From Pseudomonadota bacterium (GTDB taxonomy: Bacteria; Myxococcota_A; UBA9160; JADFDR01): DNA of 64,000 nt. The first letter of the stretch is position 1, and each line of letters starts with the position of its first letter. The notes under the pieces are model-generated. The model was not told the DNA's origin, did no database searches, and was given only the letters and a program-made list of their open reading frames with translations. This document shows, piece after piece, positions 27,151-36,180 of the stretch. Position numbers and translations under genes: made by a program. The DNA is taken from assembly GCA_003353845.1 (NCBI GenBank), contig PIVT01000004.1:12283-76282 (forward strand). Direction: 5' to 3'.

Positions 27151-29712
27151 GTGAAAATATTTTGGGTGTCACATACGCACTGGGATCGGGAGTGGTACCG
27201 AACCTTTGAAGCGTTTCGTGCAAGGCTCCTTGACACCATTGATTGTGTTCTCGACCGCGTTCAAACGGATCCCTCTTTTCGATTCTTGCTCGACGGACAG
27301 ACGGTGGTCGTCGACGATTACCTGGAGTTGCGACCTGATCGTCAGGAAGAGTTGTTTCGAGCTTGTCGGGAGGGGCGAGTTGCCATTGGCCCCTGGTACG
27401 TTCAGCCGGATTCCTTTTTGCCCTGCGGTGAATCCCATATTCGCAACTTACTACTGGGCCGACAAACCATGCAGCGTGTCGGTTCAGGGTCGAAAGTCGC
27501 TTATACCCCCGATTCCTTCGGTCACCCTTCGCAATTTCCTCAACTCTTTGCCGGCTTCGGCTTAAGCGCGTTTGTCCATTGGCGGGGACATGGATCCGAG
27601 GTGGAGTCATTGCCCAACGAGACGCGCTGGGTCGCCCCTGATGGAAGCAGTGTACTCTCGTGCCTCTTGCGCAAAGGTTACTTCACAGCGGCTTTGCAAC
27701 CACGAGATCTGACATTGGCGGCAGAACGTTTGGGCGCTGTCGCTCGTGAACTGGCGGAGACCACGGAGCAAGGAGCCATCCTTTTAATGTGTGGCATTGA
27801 TCATGCGCCTCCGGATCCGCTGGATGCGGAGTTGGCCGATGCCGCGGGAAAGGGAAGTGGGTTCGGAGTGCAACGTGCCTTGTTAGATGATTTTGTAGCG
27901 GGCTTGCAAGAACCTTTTCCCGAACAGCACGGCGAGTTGCGCGGTGGACGCTTGGCCAATTTACTTCCCGGAGTTTGGTCAGCGCGGATTCCATTGAAAA
28001 TACGGAATCGACAGTGTGAAACAGAACTGCTCGGTTTTGCCGAGCCTTGGGCCGCCATGGGGCAGTTCTTTGGTCTGGCCGATGAGCGCCCCGCATTGGA
28101 CAGGGCCTGGCGCGCGTTGCTTTGTAATCAAGCCCATGATTCCATCGGTGGCTGCTCGGTGGATGCCGTTCATCGTCAAATGGAAGGCCGATATGATCAA
28201 GCCTTCGAGTTGGCGCGGGAAACCGGGCGTCGTTGTCAAGAGCGTCTCGTGGGTGGCTTGCCGACGCGCGAGACGCCCACACGCCAACCCTTTGAGGTGG
28301 CGGTGTTTAATCCCTCTCCACATATGCGCACCGAAGTGGTACGCGTGGCCTTGGACGCGACACCGTCCATGCCTCTGGGTGAGGAAGGCATTTCATATCA
28401 TCCCGTACTGGCTGCCAATAGCGAGCAGACGCGGTTCCTGGCCGATGGTGTGCCCGTGCGCATGCTGCCTGCTCGCGCCGATGGACGTTTCTTTTTTGGC
28501 AGCTTCAACCAGGCCATGGATATTGAATTGATTGTACGAGACGTCCCGGCCTTGGGTTGGCGCCGGGTCCAACTGGAGCCCGCTCCCGTGGTTGAAGGAA
28601 AGGTCGAGGAAAAAATAGATTCAGGCACTGGGATTGAAGTTGGGGAACTCAAGGTCAGCGTGGAAGAGGCTGGAACCTTCACGGTGTGCTTGGCGGAGCA
28701 TCAGTTTACAGGCTTGTTTGATGTCGAAGACAGGGGCGATCGCGGTGATAGCTATGATGCCGACTTGTTGGAAGATGGCCATCGCCTGCAGTTGGAGCAG
28801 GTGCAGACGCGGCGATTCCAGCATGTGAGTGGGATTCAACGCTTGGAAGTTCGGCGAGAATATCGCTTGCCTGTGGGCTTGGAAGAGGGGCGTGAGAAGC
28901 GCTGCCAGGAAGAAACCGGGCTTAGCTTATGGGTCGAAGCGATCCTGGTGCCGGGTGTGCGGCGTGTGGACTTCAACGTGAAAGTAGAAAACCGTGCCAG
29001 CGATCATCGCTTACGCCTTCTGTTCCCGACCCGTCGAGCAACACAGAACTTTCTTGCGGCGAGTACCTTTGATGCCATGGAACGCTCGACACAAGTTCAA
29101 GACGACGCCAATTGGGTTCATCCCGCACCGCGCACCTTTCCACACCAGGGTTGGATTTCTCTCAACGATTTGCACCTGGTGGCGCCGGGGTTGCCTGAAG
29201 CGGAGGTGTCTCCCGAAGGGTTGCTCGCCTTGACCTTATTGCGGTCTGTGGGTTGGTTGTCGCGCTCGGATTTGCGAACTCGACCTGGCCCTGCAGGCCC
29301 TGTGAACGAAACGCCAGAGGCACAGTGCCTGACTTCGGTGGAGGCGCGGCTTTCCTTATTACCTGAAGTGAGCCCGTCTGCGGCTCGTGATGCGGAATTG
29401 GGATTGCGCGCCGTGTGGGCGGGCGAAGAAGAATTGCTGCCAGAGGGGAAGCCCATGCTCGAGTTGGATCCCGCATGCCTGTTGCTGACAAGTTTCAAAC
29501 CCGCGCGGGAGGATGGAGGTGCCGTACTGCGGGTGCTGAATCCCAGCGGGCAAACGGTGACAGCCCGTCTTCGCTTGGGGATCCAATGTTCCGCGCTGGA
29601 ATCTCTGCGCTTGGACGAGGAAGCCGATGACCTCTCGCTTTCCCTAGATGCTGATGAATGGCGGTTTGAGCTTGGCCCGAAGCAGATGCGAACACTTTTG
29701 CTCCGCCGCTGA
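27151..29712 (+). CDS. glycoside hydrolase family 38 (alpha-mannosidase / mannosylglycerate hydrolase-like)
   Basis: N-terminal FWVSHTHWDREWY signature and the later QAHDSIGG motif. 853 aa. GTG start 17 bp after the GT2 stop. Confidence 0.85.
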   Translation: MKIFWVSHTHWDREWYRTFEAFRARLLDTIDCVLDRVQTDPSFRFLLDGQTVVVDDYLELRPDRQEELFRACREGRVAIGPWYVQPDSFLPCGESHIRNLLLGRQTMQRVGSGSKVAYTPDSFGHPSQFPQLFAGFGLSAFVHWRGHGSEVESLPNETRWVAPDGSSVLSCLLRKGYFTAALQPRDLTLAAERLGAVARELAETTEQGAILLMCGIDHAPPDPLDAELADAAGKGSGFGVQRALLDDFVAGLQEPFPEQHGELRGGRLANLLPGVWSARIPLKIRNRQCETELLGFAEPWAAMGQFFGLADERPALDRAWRALLCNQAHDSIGGCSVDAVHRQMEGRYDQAFELARETGRRCQERLVGGLPTRETPTRQPFEVAVFNPSPHMRTEVVRVALDATPSMPLGEEGISYHPVLAANSEQTRFLADGVPVRMLPARADGRFFFGSFNQAMDIELIVRDVPALGWRRVQLEPAPVVEGKVEEKIDSGTGIEVGELKVSVEEAGTFTVCLAEHQFTGLFDVEDRGDRGDSYDADLLEDGHRLQLEQVQTRRFQHVSGIQRLEVRREYRLPVGLEEGREKRCQEETGLSLWVEAILVPGVRRVDFNVKVENRASDHRLRLLFPTRRATQNFLAASTFDAMERSTQVQDDANWVHPAPRTFPHQGWISLNDLHLVAPGLPEAEVSPEGLLALTLLRSVGWLSRSDLRTRPGPAGPVNETPEAQCLTSVEARLSLLPEVSPSAARDAELGLRAVWAGEEELLPEGKPMLELDPACLLLTSFKPAREDGGAVLRVLNPSGQTVTARLRLGIQCSALESLRLDEEADDLSLSLDADEWRFELGPKQMRTLLLRR

Positions 29713-29758
29713 GGATAAACGCGTGCTGTCGTGAACTTATCTCGATTCCCGGAAGGCG

Positions 29759-30583
29759 TTACTCTTTTGAACCGGGGTCCTCGATCCGCTGCGCGATGAG
29801 CAGCTTGGCATATTTGAGCCTGCATCCGTAAGCGGATAGATAGGCGAGCAGTAAGCCGCGCCAACCTTCACGCCAACCACTTTTCAAAATGTAGAATTTG
29901 AGAAATCGTGTGACTGGACGAAAAATGATGTCACTCACGCGCGCTTGGACTCCCTTCTGGGCCAATCCCTGCGCACCAATGCTGGAGTAACTGTCGAGGA
30001 TGCGCAGGTGCTCCGCAAAATTGCGATAAGGATCGTGTAGCAAGTTTCCTGCGCAGGTCTCGGCGGCACCGTCGAGTTGAACATGGTCATGGGGGTTGGC
30101 CCCGCCCCAGTGGCCTCGCCGGCGATCAAAGAGACGGATCTTTCGATCGGGGTACCAGCCGCCATGGCGCATGGGTTGCCCCAGGTAGGTGGAGAGCCGG
30201 GGCATGGACCAGCCAGCGGCCTTGGGGAATCCAGCATCACGCAGTGCGATTATTTCGCGTTTGAGCTCGGCGCTAAGTTTTTCGTCGGCATCCAGGCATA
30301 ACACCCAATCGTGTTGGGCCGCCCGAACGGCAAATTCTTTCTGATCGACATGGCCGGGCCAGTCGCGCTCGATGACTCTGGCGCCCACGGATTTTGCCAG
30401 GTCGCGCGTGCCATCGCTGGAATGGGAATCAACCACGAGGATTTCATCGCACCAGGATAAGGATTCGAGGCAAGGCCCCAGCCGATCCTCCTCGTTGAAG
30501 GTGATAATGCAAGCGCTAACTCTCTCCGCTGCTGCGGTCTGTGATGGCGAGTCGGGTTCGGGCAACGCGCTGGCTCCGCTCAA
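29759..30583 (-). CDS. glycosyltransferase family 2 (LPS-core/KdtX-like)
   Basis: ACIITFNEEDRLGPCLESLSWCDEILVVDSHSSDGT and LCLDADE motifs. Confidence 0.85.
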   Translation of the reverse strand: MSGASALPEPDSPSQTAAAERVSACIITFNEEDRLGPCLESLSWCDEILVVDSHSSDGTRDLAKSVGARVIERDWPGHVDQKEFAVRAAQHDWVLCLDADEKLSAELKREIIALRDAGFPKAAGWSMPRLSTYLGQPMRHGGWYPDRKIRLFDRRRGHWGGANPHDHVQLDGAAETCAGNLLHDPYRNFAEHLRILDSYSSIGAQGLAQKGVQARVSDIIFRPVTRFLKFYILKSGWREGWRGLLLAYLSAYGCRLKYAKLLIAQRIEDPGSKE

Positions 30584-30668
30584 ATGGACGTGTGAGTAGG
30601 ATCGCGGCTGATCGAGTCTCGGTCAAGCAAGAGCCATGCGAGATAAAACCGTGATGCAAAGGATCGTT

Positions 30669-31361
30669 TCAAGCGTGTATCGAATCGCAGAGCTCGTAAT
30701 AGCCATTGGTTGCGAAATCAATGGCCAGGCCCAGACCCTCATCGGGAATCATTTCGAGACCATGGGGTCGGTATTCAGAGCGGACGACCGTGGAGTGAAG
30801 CAGAAAAGTGCGACCGTCTGGATTGATAATGGAGACCACCAATTTCTCACCCAATCGAGCGGGGTGTTTGGTTTGTACGAAGATCCCCGTTTCGGAGAGA
30901 TCGCGCAGGGTGCCGTCGGTGACTCCTTGGTTGCTCTCCAGGAAACAGTGAGCCACGTGCGGTTTGCGTTCGCTGCTGCGCTGATCAGACCAACCCTGTA
31001 GAGGCTTTACTACTTTCTTGCCGTGTTGGATTCGACTGAAAATGATGGAGGAGAGCAACAGGAGGTACTCGTCCGGGGTGTAGTCCAGGCGAATGCCCAG
31101 CGCGGCGGCTTGTTGGCTGGTGCGCGGTCCTTCTCCTGGTTCGACGATTCGAGCCACTCGTCCGGCGATGACGAGAGGAGTCCCGATCCGGTCGTTCAGC
31201 GTAATTTGAACGGAATCGTCTTCTTCAAGATCGAGAACGGTCAGCAGCATCAAGCCGTTGTCGGACATGTTCAGGACAGTTGCTTGCTGGGTTTCACTGG
31301 CAGTGGAAATGGCGCAAGGGCGACAAGTGGTCTCGCGAGCGTGTAGACGTCTCTCCATCAT
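30669..31361 (-). CDS. tandem PilZ-domain protein (putative c-di-GMP receptor)
   Basis: Two RxxxR ... D/NxSxxG pairs: RLHAR with NMSDNG, and RSSER with DLSETG. Confidence 0.75.
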   Translation of the reverse strand: MMERRLHARETTCRPCAISTASETQQATVLNMSDNGLMLLTVLDLEEDDSVQITLNDRIGTPLVIAGRVARIVEPGEGPRTSQQAAALGIRLDYTPDEYLLLLSSIIFSRIQHGKKVVKPLQGWSDQRSSERKPHVAHCFLESNQGVTDGTLRDLSETGIFVQTKHPARLGEKLVVSIINPDGRTFLLHSTVVRSEYRPHGLEMIPDEGLGLAIDFATNGYYELCDSIHA

Positions 31362-31903
31362 GGTTTGGGATCCTCCATTTCCCGTGTTTCTAGGATTCGG
31401 ACGCTAGGGATCTTTCTTTAGGAGGAACCGAGGGATTTTTGAGACAAGTCGTCGCAAGAGTTGTTTGTTGTGTAGGTGTTACCACCTAGAACCTTGATAG
31501 CATTGGTACGTGCTACCACCGACATGAGGCTGCTATTTACCAAGTGAGGTACCAAATGAGGCCTCAATCACATGCATTTGCATGGAAAGAGGCCTCATTG
31601 TCAGCAATCCATTCTCATTCGAATTTAGCTGATGGTCTGTTCTCCGATGTAGAGGAACTCCCATTGACAACTCTGTGTCAAAAAGCGCCCTCGGGAGTCC
31701 CGCTCATACACCCATTAGACATATTCACCCCCCTTCCGCCGGGATATCAAAAATCCGAACCAGGAGCATCCCGCCTGCAACCCGTGGTACGACACCCATG
31801 AGTCGAGAATGATATAGACGGGAACACGAAGTCAACAAAAAGCTGGTGAACTGGTGTGGTTTTTCACCCTATTCAATTTTAGATCTGTGGTGTCGGGGTG
31901 AAC

Positions 31904-33433
31904 TCAGAAGTAGCGGCTGGAATCGGACAAAATGGTCAAGGCCCGGTGGGTGGAAATACTCATGGTGCTGATCTGTGGATTTACGTCGATGGAAGTGGGG
32001 AAGGCACTGGTATCGATAACGAAAAGCCCTTTGACATCATGGGTTTCTCCACGGGCATCGACCACCGAGTGGTCGGGGTCGGCACCCATGCGCGCCGTGC
32101 CTTGGGGGTGGGGGCCTGAGATGTTGATATCACTCGGGCCCACGGACAACTCGTAAACGCTGTCGATTTCATCGGCGCTTTCCAGCACCAAGGGTTTGGT
32201 AAAGGGCGCCATCACCTTTTGCGCGCCCGCTGCAAACCACATTCGCGCCATGGCCGCGATGGATTCTTTGACGCGCTGTTGGGTCTCGTCGTCGAGTACG
32301 TAGGTGATGTCGGCCTTTCCGGTTTTGGGGTTGTACTGAACGGAGCCACAACCGGGGTCGTGCACCACAGTCAGGCAGGTGGCCAGACGTGTGTAGTCGC
32401 GCATGAGGTCACGCTGGAGTTTTCCGAATTGACCCATGTACACGGCCATGCCCATGGGACCAAAAGACATACCTTCGATGAGGAAACCGCCTTTGTCGTG
32501 CTCGTGGAACTCGTCGATGTAGCTGCCACCCGGCGGCCCGACCCAGCCGTAAACGGGTTGTGGAAACAAAGCCACGGTGGAAGGGCCGGGGTGGATGGCG
32601 AGGTTCTTTCCCAATTGCCCTGAATGAGAACACAACTCGGAACGCTGTAGAAGAGCGGGAGTTTGTATGGCACCCGCTGCCAGTGCGACGATCCGCGCTT
32701 TCACATGCAAGGTGGCCACCACTTCGCGCGTGTCGCGGTCGCGCACACTGGCCACAACACCTGTGGTGCGACCGCCCCGGGTCAGGATGCGATCCACTTC
32801 GGTGTCGGCATAAAGTGTGGCACCCGATTCCACGGCCATGGGCACGTAGGTGACGAGCATGCTGCGCTTGCGATCATAAGCGCAGCCCTGCATGCAAAAA
32901 CCGGAGATGGCGCAATCTTGTTTGTTGCGCCATATGGGGGCATTGCTCCAACCCAGGGCGTCGGCCCCCTTCATCATCAGCCGATTGGGAATATTGATTT
33001 CATGCGGAAGGTTTTCCGTGGAGTTGATGGTTTGTTCCACTTCTAGAATGGAGGGGAGCAGGTCTTGGTAGCTCAATCCCGTCACGCCGAACTTGTCTTC
33101 CCAGGATTGCAAGACTCGCTCGGGCGGGCGAAAGCACATCATGCCGTTAATCACGGTGCTGCCGCCGACACACTTGCCTTGGTAGACGCCGACGCTGCCG
33201 TCGGCCGTGGCTTGGGCTCCGCCTTCGACGTAGAGCTTGCGACTCATCTCGCCTTCTTTTTCCGTGAAATCCTTGTCCGCCGTGTAGTAACCGCCCGCTT
33301 CGATGATCAGCACGGACTTCCCCGCTTGCGCCATCTTGTAGGCAAAGGGGCCTCCGCCCGCGCCGCTACCGACGACGACGACGTCGACCTCCTCATGAAT
33401 TTCACCGCTCAGGTCTTTGGCCTCTCGAATCAT
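31904..33433 (-). CDS. GMC family FAD-dependent oxidoreductase, catalytic subunit
   Basis: N-terminal dinucleotide fold VDVVVVGSGAGGGPFAYKMAQAGKSVLIIEAG and the C-terminal GMC motif HPQGTARMG...VIDTSAFP. Confidence 0.85.
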   Translation of the reverse strand: MIREAKDLSGEIHEEVDVVVVGSGAGGGPFAYKMAQAGKSVLIIEAGGYYTADKDFTEKEGEMSRKLYVEGGAQATADGSVGVYQGKCVGGSTVINGMMCFRPPERVLQSWEDKFGVTGLSYQDLLPSILEVEQTINSTENLPHEINIPNRLMMKGADALGWSNAPIWRNKQDCAISGFCMQGCAYDRKRSMLVTYVPMAVESGATLYADTEVDRILTRGGRTTGVVASVRDRDTREVVATLHVKARIVALAAGAIQTPALLQRSELCSHSGQLGKNLAIHPGPSTVALFPQPVYGWVGPPGGSYIDEFHEHDKGGFLIEGMSFGPMGMAVYMGQFGKLQRDLMRDYTRLATCLTVVHDPGCGSVQYNPKTGKADITYVLDDETQQRVKESIAAMARMWFAAGAQKVMAPFTKPLVLESADEIDSVYELSVGPSDINISGPHPQGTARMGADPDHSVVDARGETHDVKGLFVIDTSAFPTSIDVNPQISTMSISTHRALTILSDSSRYF

Positions 33434-34056
33434 GAGTCGGCCTCCGCGAGGTCTCGGGTCGCTTTGCTTGCAATGCGCAGTGGTCCGGGTTGCTCGGGTG
33501 TGGGATGTGGATGGGCCAGGGTGCTATTGCCAATGGGCTGGGGGGCGCCCTGGCGCGTGCGCAGCGGTCCGGGGTAGCCGACGAGTTCATACGTGAGTTC
33601 AGACTCGTAGTACATGCCACAGGAAATCTTTAGAAAGGTGGTGTACAAAATTTTCGACAAGCTGCTGTCGTTGTTTCGGAGGGTGTTGAGGTAGTCCGAC
33701 TGCTCTGCGGCGTTGAGTTTGGTAAAGCGCGAGAACTTCCTGGCCAAGGGCAGGGTGCCGTGTTCGAAGATGAGAATGAGCATCTTCATTTGATCTTGCA
33801 TTTTTTCAGGGGCCTCGGACATCAACTCGTCGAAGCGTTCCACGGCACCTGCTTCGCGAATGTCCAACTCGTCGGGTTGGGTGACGGGCAGGTAGGTTTC
33901 CATGATGCTTTGGAGAACGTGAAATTCTTTGTCGGAGAATACCTTCAGTCGGGCCGTGGCCTCGGGGTAATGTCTTCCGCAGCCCGGCAGCAAGCTCAGG
34001 GCCGTCAGCCCCAAGGCGCCGCTACTGCCCCGTTGCAGAAAACCGCGGCGATTCAT
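33430..34056 (-). CDS. gluconate 2-dehydrogenase subunit-3-like small subunit with Tat signal
   Basis: Twin-arginine signal MNRRGFLQRGSSGALGLTALSLL. ATGA overlap with the GMC gene. Start set at ATG 34056 (34134 also possible); the ORF track extends to 34284. Confidence 0.7.
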   Translation of the reverse strand: MNRRGFLQRGSSGALGLTALSLLPGCGRHYPEATARLKVFSDKEFHVLQSIMETYLPVTQPDELDIREAGAVERFDELMSEAPEKMQDQMKMLILIFEHGTLPLARKFSRFTKLNAAEQSDYLNTLRNNDSSLSKILYTTFLKISCGMYYESELTYELVGYPGPLRTRQGAPQPIGNSTLAHPHPTPEQPGPLRIASKATRDLAEADS

Positions 34057-34544
34057 CAAGGGCTCGTTGCTGTTGAAGGGGGCGGATTCTTGCAGTTCTG
34101 CTAGCACTGGATGTCCGGGGGGCGAGGGGCTCATTGGGGGACTAGGATAGCCAGAATTTAATTTCCGTCCACTGTACGGTAAATAGACCCTGCGGTCTAA
34201 GGTCGCTTTACAGCCCCCTGGAGGATCGTTACTTTCTGGCCGCCCGAAGCCAGCCTCGCCCCCCTTTGAGCCTGTATTGGCCAATCTGGTCGCTTTTGAG
34301 CTGAATCGGTGCAGATCTCGCGAGAGGCACTTCCCGAGTACTGCAAAAGTACGGCAAAAGGACTGCGAGATTTTCTAAAAGGATTCCGGGCGGACCTCCC
34401 ACCTGGAGCAGGTTATCCACAGAGAGTGCTCCAGCAGGTGCAAGCGGGCCTCAGTGAGTCGAGTTTGTGGGCAGCCACGTGCTGTGATCAGTTTGAGCAT
34501 GGGTCGAGAGGCTTGTCTCATGCGGAGATGTAGAAGGAAAATCC

Positions 34545-35396
34545 ATGGATAAGCGGATGACAGAAAGTGAAGTGATCGCCGAGCTTCGCGATGGGATGAC
34601 CATCGGAATTGGCGGTTGGGGACCTCGGCGCAAGCCCATGTCCCTGGTGCGCGAGATTCTGCGTTCCGATCTAAAAGATCTCACCGTCGTGGCCTACGGT
34701 GGTCCCGAAGTGGGCCTATTGGCCAAGTATGGGAAAATCAAGAAACTGATCTACGGTTTTGTTTCGCTGGATTCCATCCCCTTGGAACCACATTTCCGCA
34801 TTGCGCGCCAGACGGCCAGCATCCCCGAAATTGTCGAATTGGATGAAGGCATGTTCCAGTGGGGCTTGTATGCCGCCAGCTTGCGCTTGCCTTTCTTGCC
34901 CACGCGCGCAGGACTCGGTTCGGACGTGTTGAAATACAACCCCGACATCAAGACGGTGAAGTCGCCCTATGCCGATGCGGAAGAGTTGGTGGCCATGCCC
35001 GCTTTGAATTTAGACGTGGCGCTGATTCACATGAATCGAGGCGATGCGGGCGGCAACGGCATGGCCCTGGGTCCCGACCCCTTCTTTGATGATCTCTTTT
35101 GTGGCGCGGCTGAAAAAGCTTATATGTCCGTGGAGAAGCTCGTCGAAACCAAAGAACTGTTGGAGCAGGGGCCGATTCAGTGCCTCAAGATCAATCGCTC
35201 CATGGTCCAAGGCGTGGTGGAAGCCCCCAACGGTGCACATTTTACGGAGTGTCCTCCCGATTACTTCCGCGACGAGGCCTTCCAGAAGAAGTACGCCGCG
35301 ACAGCCAAAGACGAACAAGCCTGGGATGATTTCAAAAAGACCTACTTGGATGTTTCTGAGGCGGATTACCAGAAGGCGGTGAAGGCCAATGACTGA
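34545..35396 (+). CDS. CoA-transferase family I subunit A (IpdA / glutaconate-CoA-transferase-like)
   Basis: DGMTIGIGGWG...RKP N-terminal motif and ALIHMNRGDAGGNG; 283 aa. Confidence 0.85.
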   Translation: MDKRMTESEVIAELRDGMTIGIGGWGPRRKPMSLVREILRSDLKDLTVVAYGGPEVGLLAKYGKIKKLIYGFVSLDSIPLEPHFRIARQTASIPEIVELDEGMFQWGLYAASLRLPFLPTRAGLGSDVLKYNPDIKTVKSPYADAEELVAMPALNLDVALIHMNRGDAGGNGMALGPDPFFDDLFCGAAEKAYMSVEKLVETKELLEQGPIQCLKINRSMVQGVVEAPNGAHFTECPPDYFRDEAFQKKYAATAKDEQAWDDFKKTYLDVSEADYQKAVKAND

Positions 35397-36153
35397 TATT
35401 CAGCGAGACGAGTACTGTGCTGTGGCCATTGCCGAAGCCTTTCGCGGCGATGGTGAGATTCTGATCAGCCCCATTGGTAACCTGCCCGCCATTGGCGCGC
35501 GCCTGGCGAGACTCTCCTTTGAGCCGGGGCTCATGCTTTCTGACGGTGTGTCCAAGCTCTTTGGCAATACGCCGGGCTGGGGCGTGAAGGGTGCTGAGAA
35601 AATCATCGAGGGGTATGTCCCTTACCGCACCATCTTCGACATCGTGTGGTCAGGCAAGCGCCATGTCATGATGGGTGCGACTCAAATCGATAAGTACGGC
35701 AATCAAAACATCGCTTGCATCGGTGATTTTAAACAACCCAAGAGCCAGCTTTTGGGTATGCGCGGTGCGCCGGGAAATACCATTTCACATCCCACCAGCT
35801 ACTGGGTTTCCAAACACAGCACGCGTGTGTTTGTGGAGAAGGTAGATGTCGTGTCGGGCGTCGGTTACGACCGCGCGCGCGAGTTGGGCAGTGCCGCCAA
35901 GTACCACGAAATTCGTCGCGTGGTGACGAACCTGTGTGTGCTCGACTTTGAAACGCCGGACAACCGCATGCGGTTGCGATCCCTGCATCCGGGTGTGACG
36001 GTCGACCAGGTGGTGGAAAACACAGGCTTTGAACTGGTGATCCCCGACGACGTGCCCGAAACCCGCGCCCCCAACGCTGAAGAACTGCGTCTTCTGCGGG
36101 AAGACATTGATCCCAATGGCAATGGTAAGAAGGAAGTACCAACTGAGGCCTGA
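35389..36153 (+). CDS. CoA-transferase family I subunit B (IpdB-like)
   Basis: 8-nt overlap with subunit A. Has MMGATQIDKYGNQN and GAPGN motifs. I see no canonical (S)ENG glutamate motif. Confidence 0.8.
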   Translation: MTDIQRDEYCAVAIAEAFRGDGEILISPIGNLPAIGARLARLSFEPGLMLSDGVSKLFGNTPGWGVKGAEKIIEGYVPYRTIFDIVWSGKRHVMMGATQIDKYGNQNIACIGDFKQPKSQLLGMRGAPGNTISHPTSYWVSKHSTRVFVEKVDVVSGVGYDRARELGSAAKYHEIRRVVTNLCVLDFETPDNRMRLRSLHPGVTVDQVVENTGFELVIPDDVPETRAPNAEELRLLREDIDPNGNGKKEVPTEA

Positions 36154-36180
36154 ACCCGGGGCCTGAAAGAGGAAACGAAA

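Noticed and set aside
31544-31801. 85-aa ORF in the PilZ-GMC spacer
   Set aside because: It has no RBS, non-coding-like composition and no motif.
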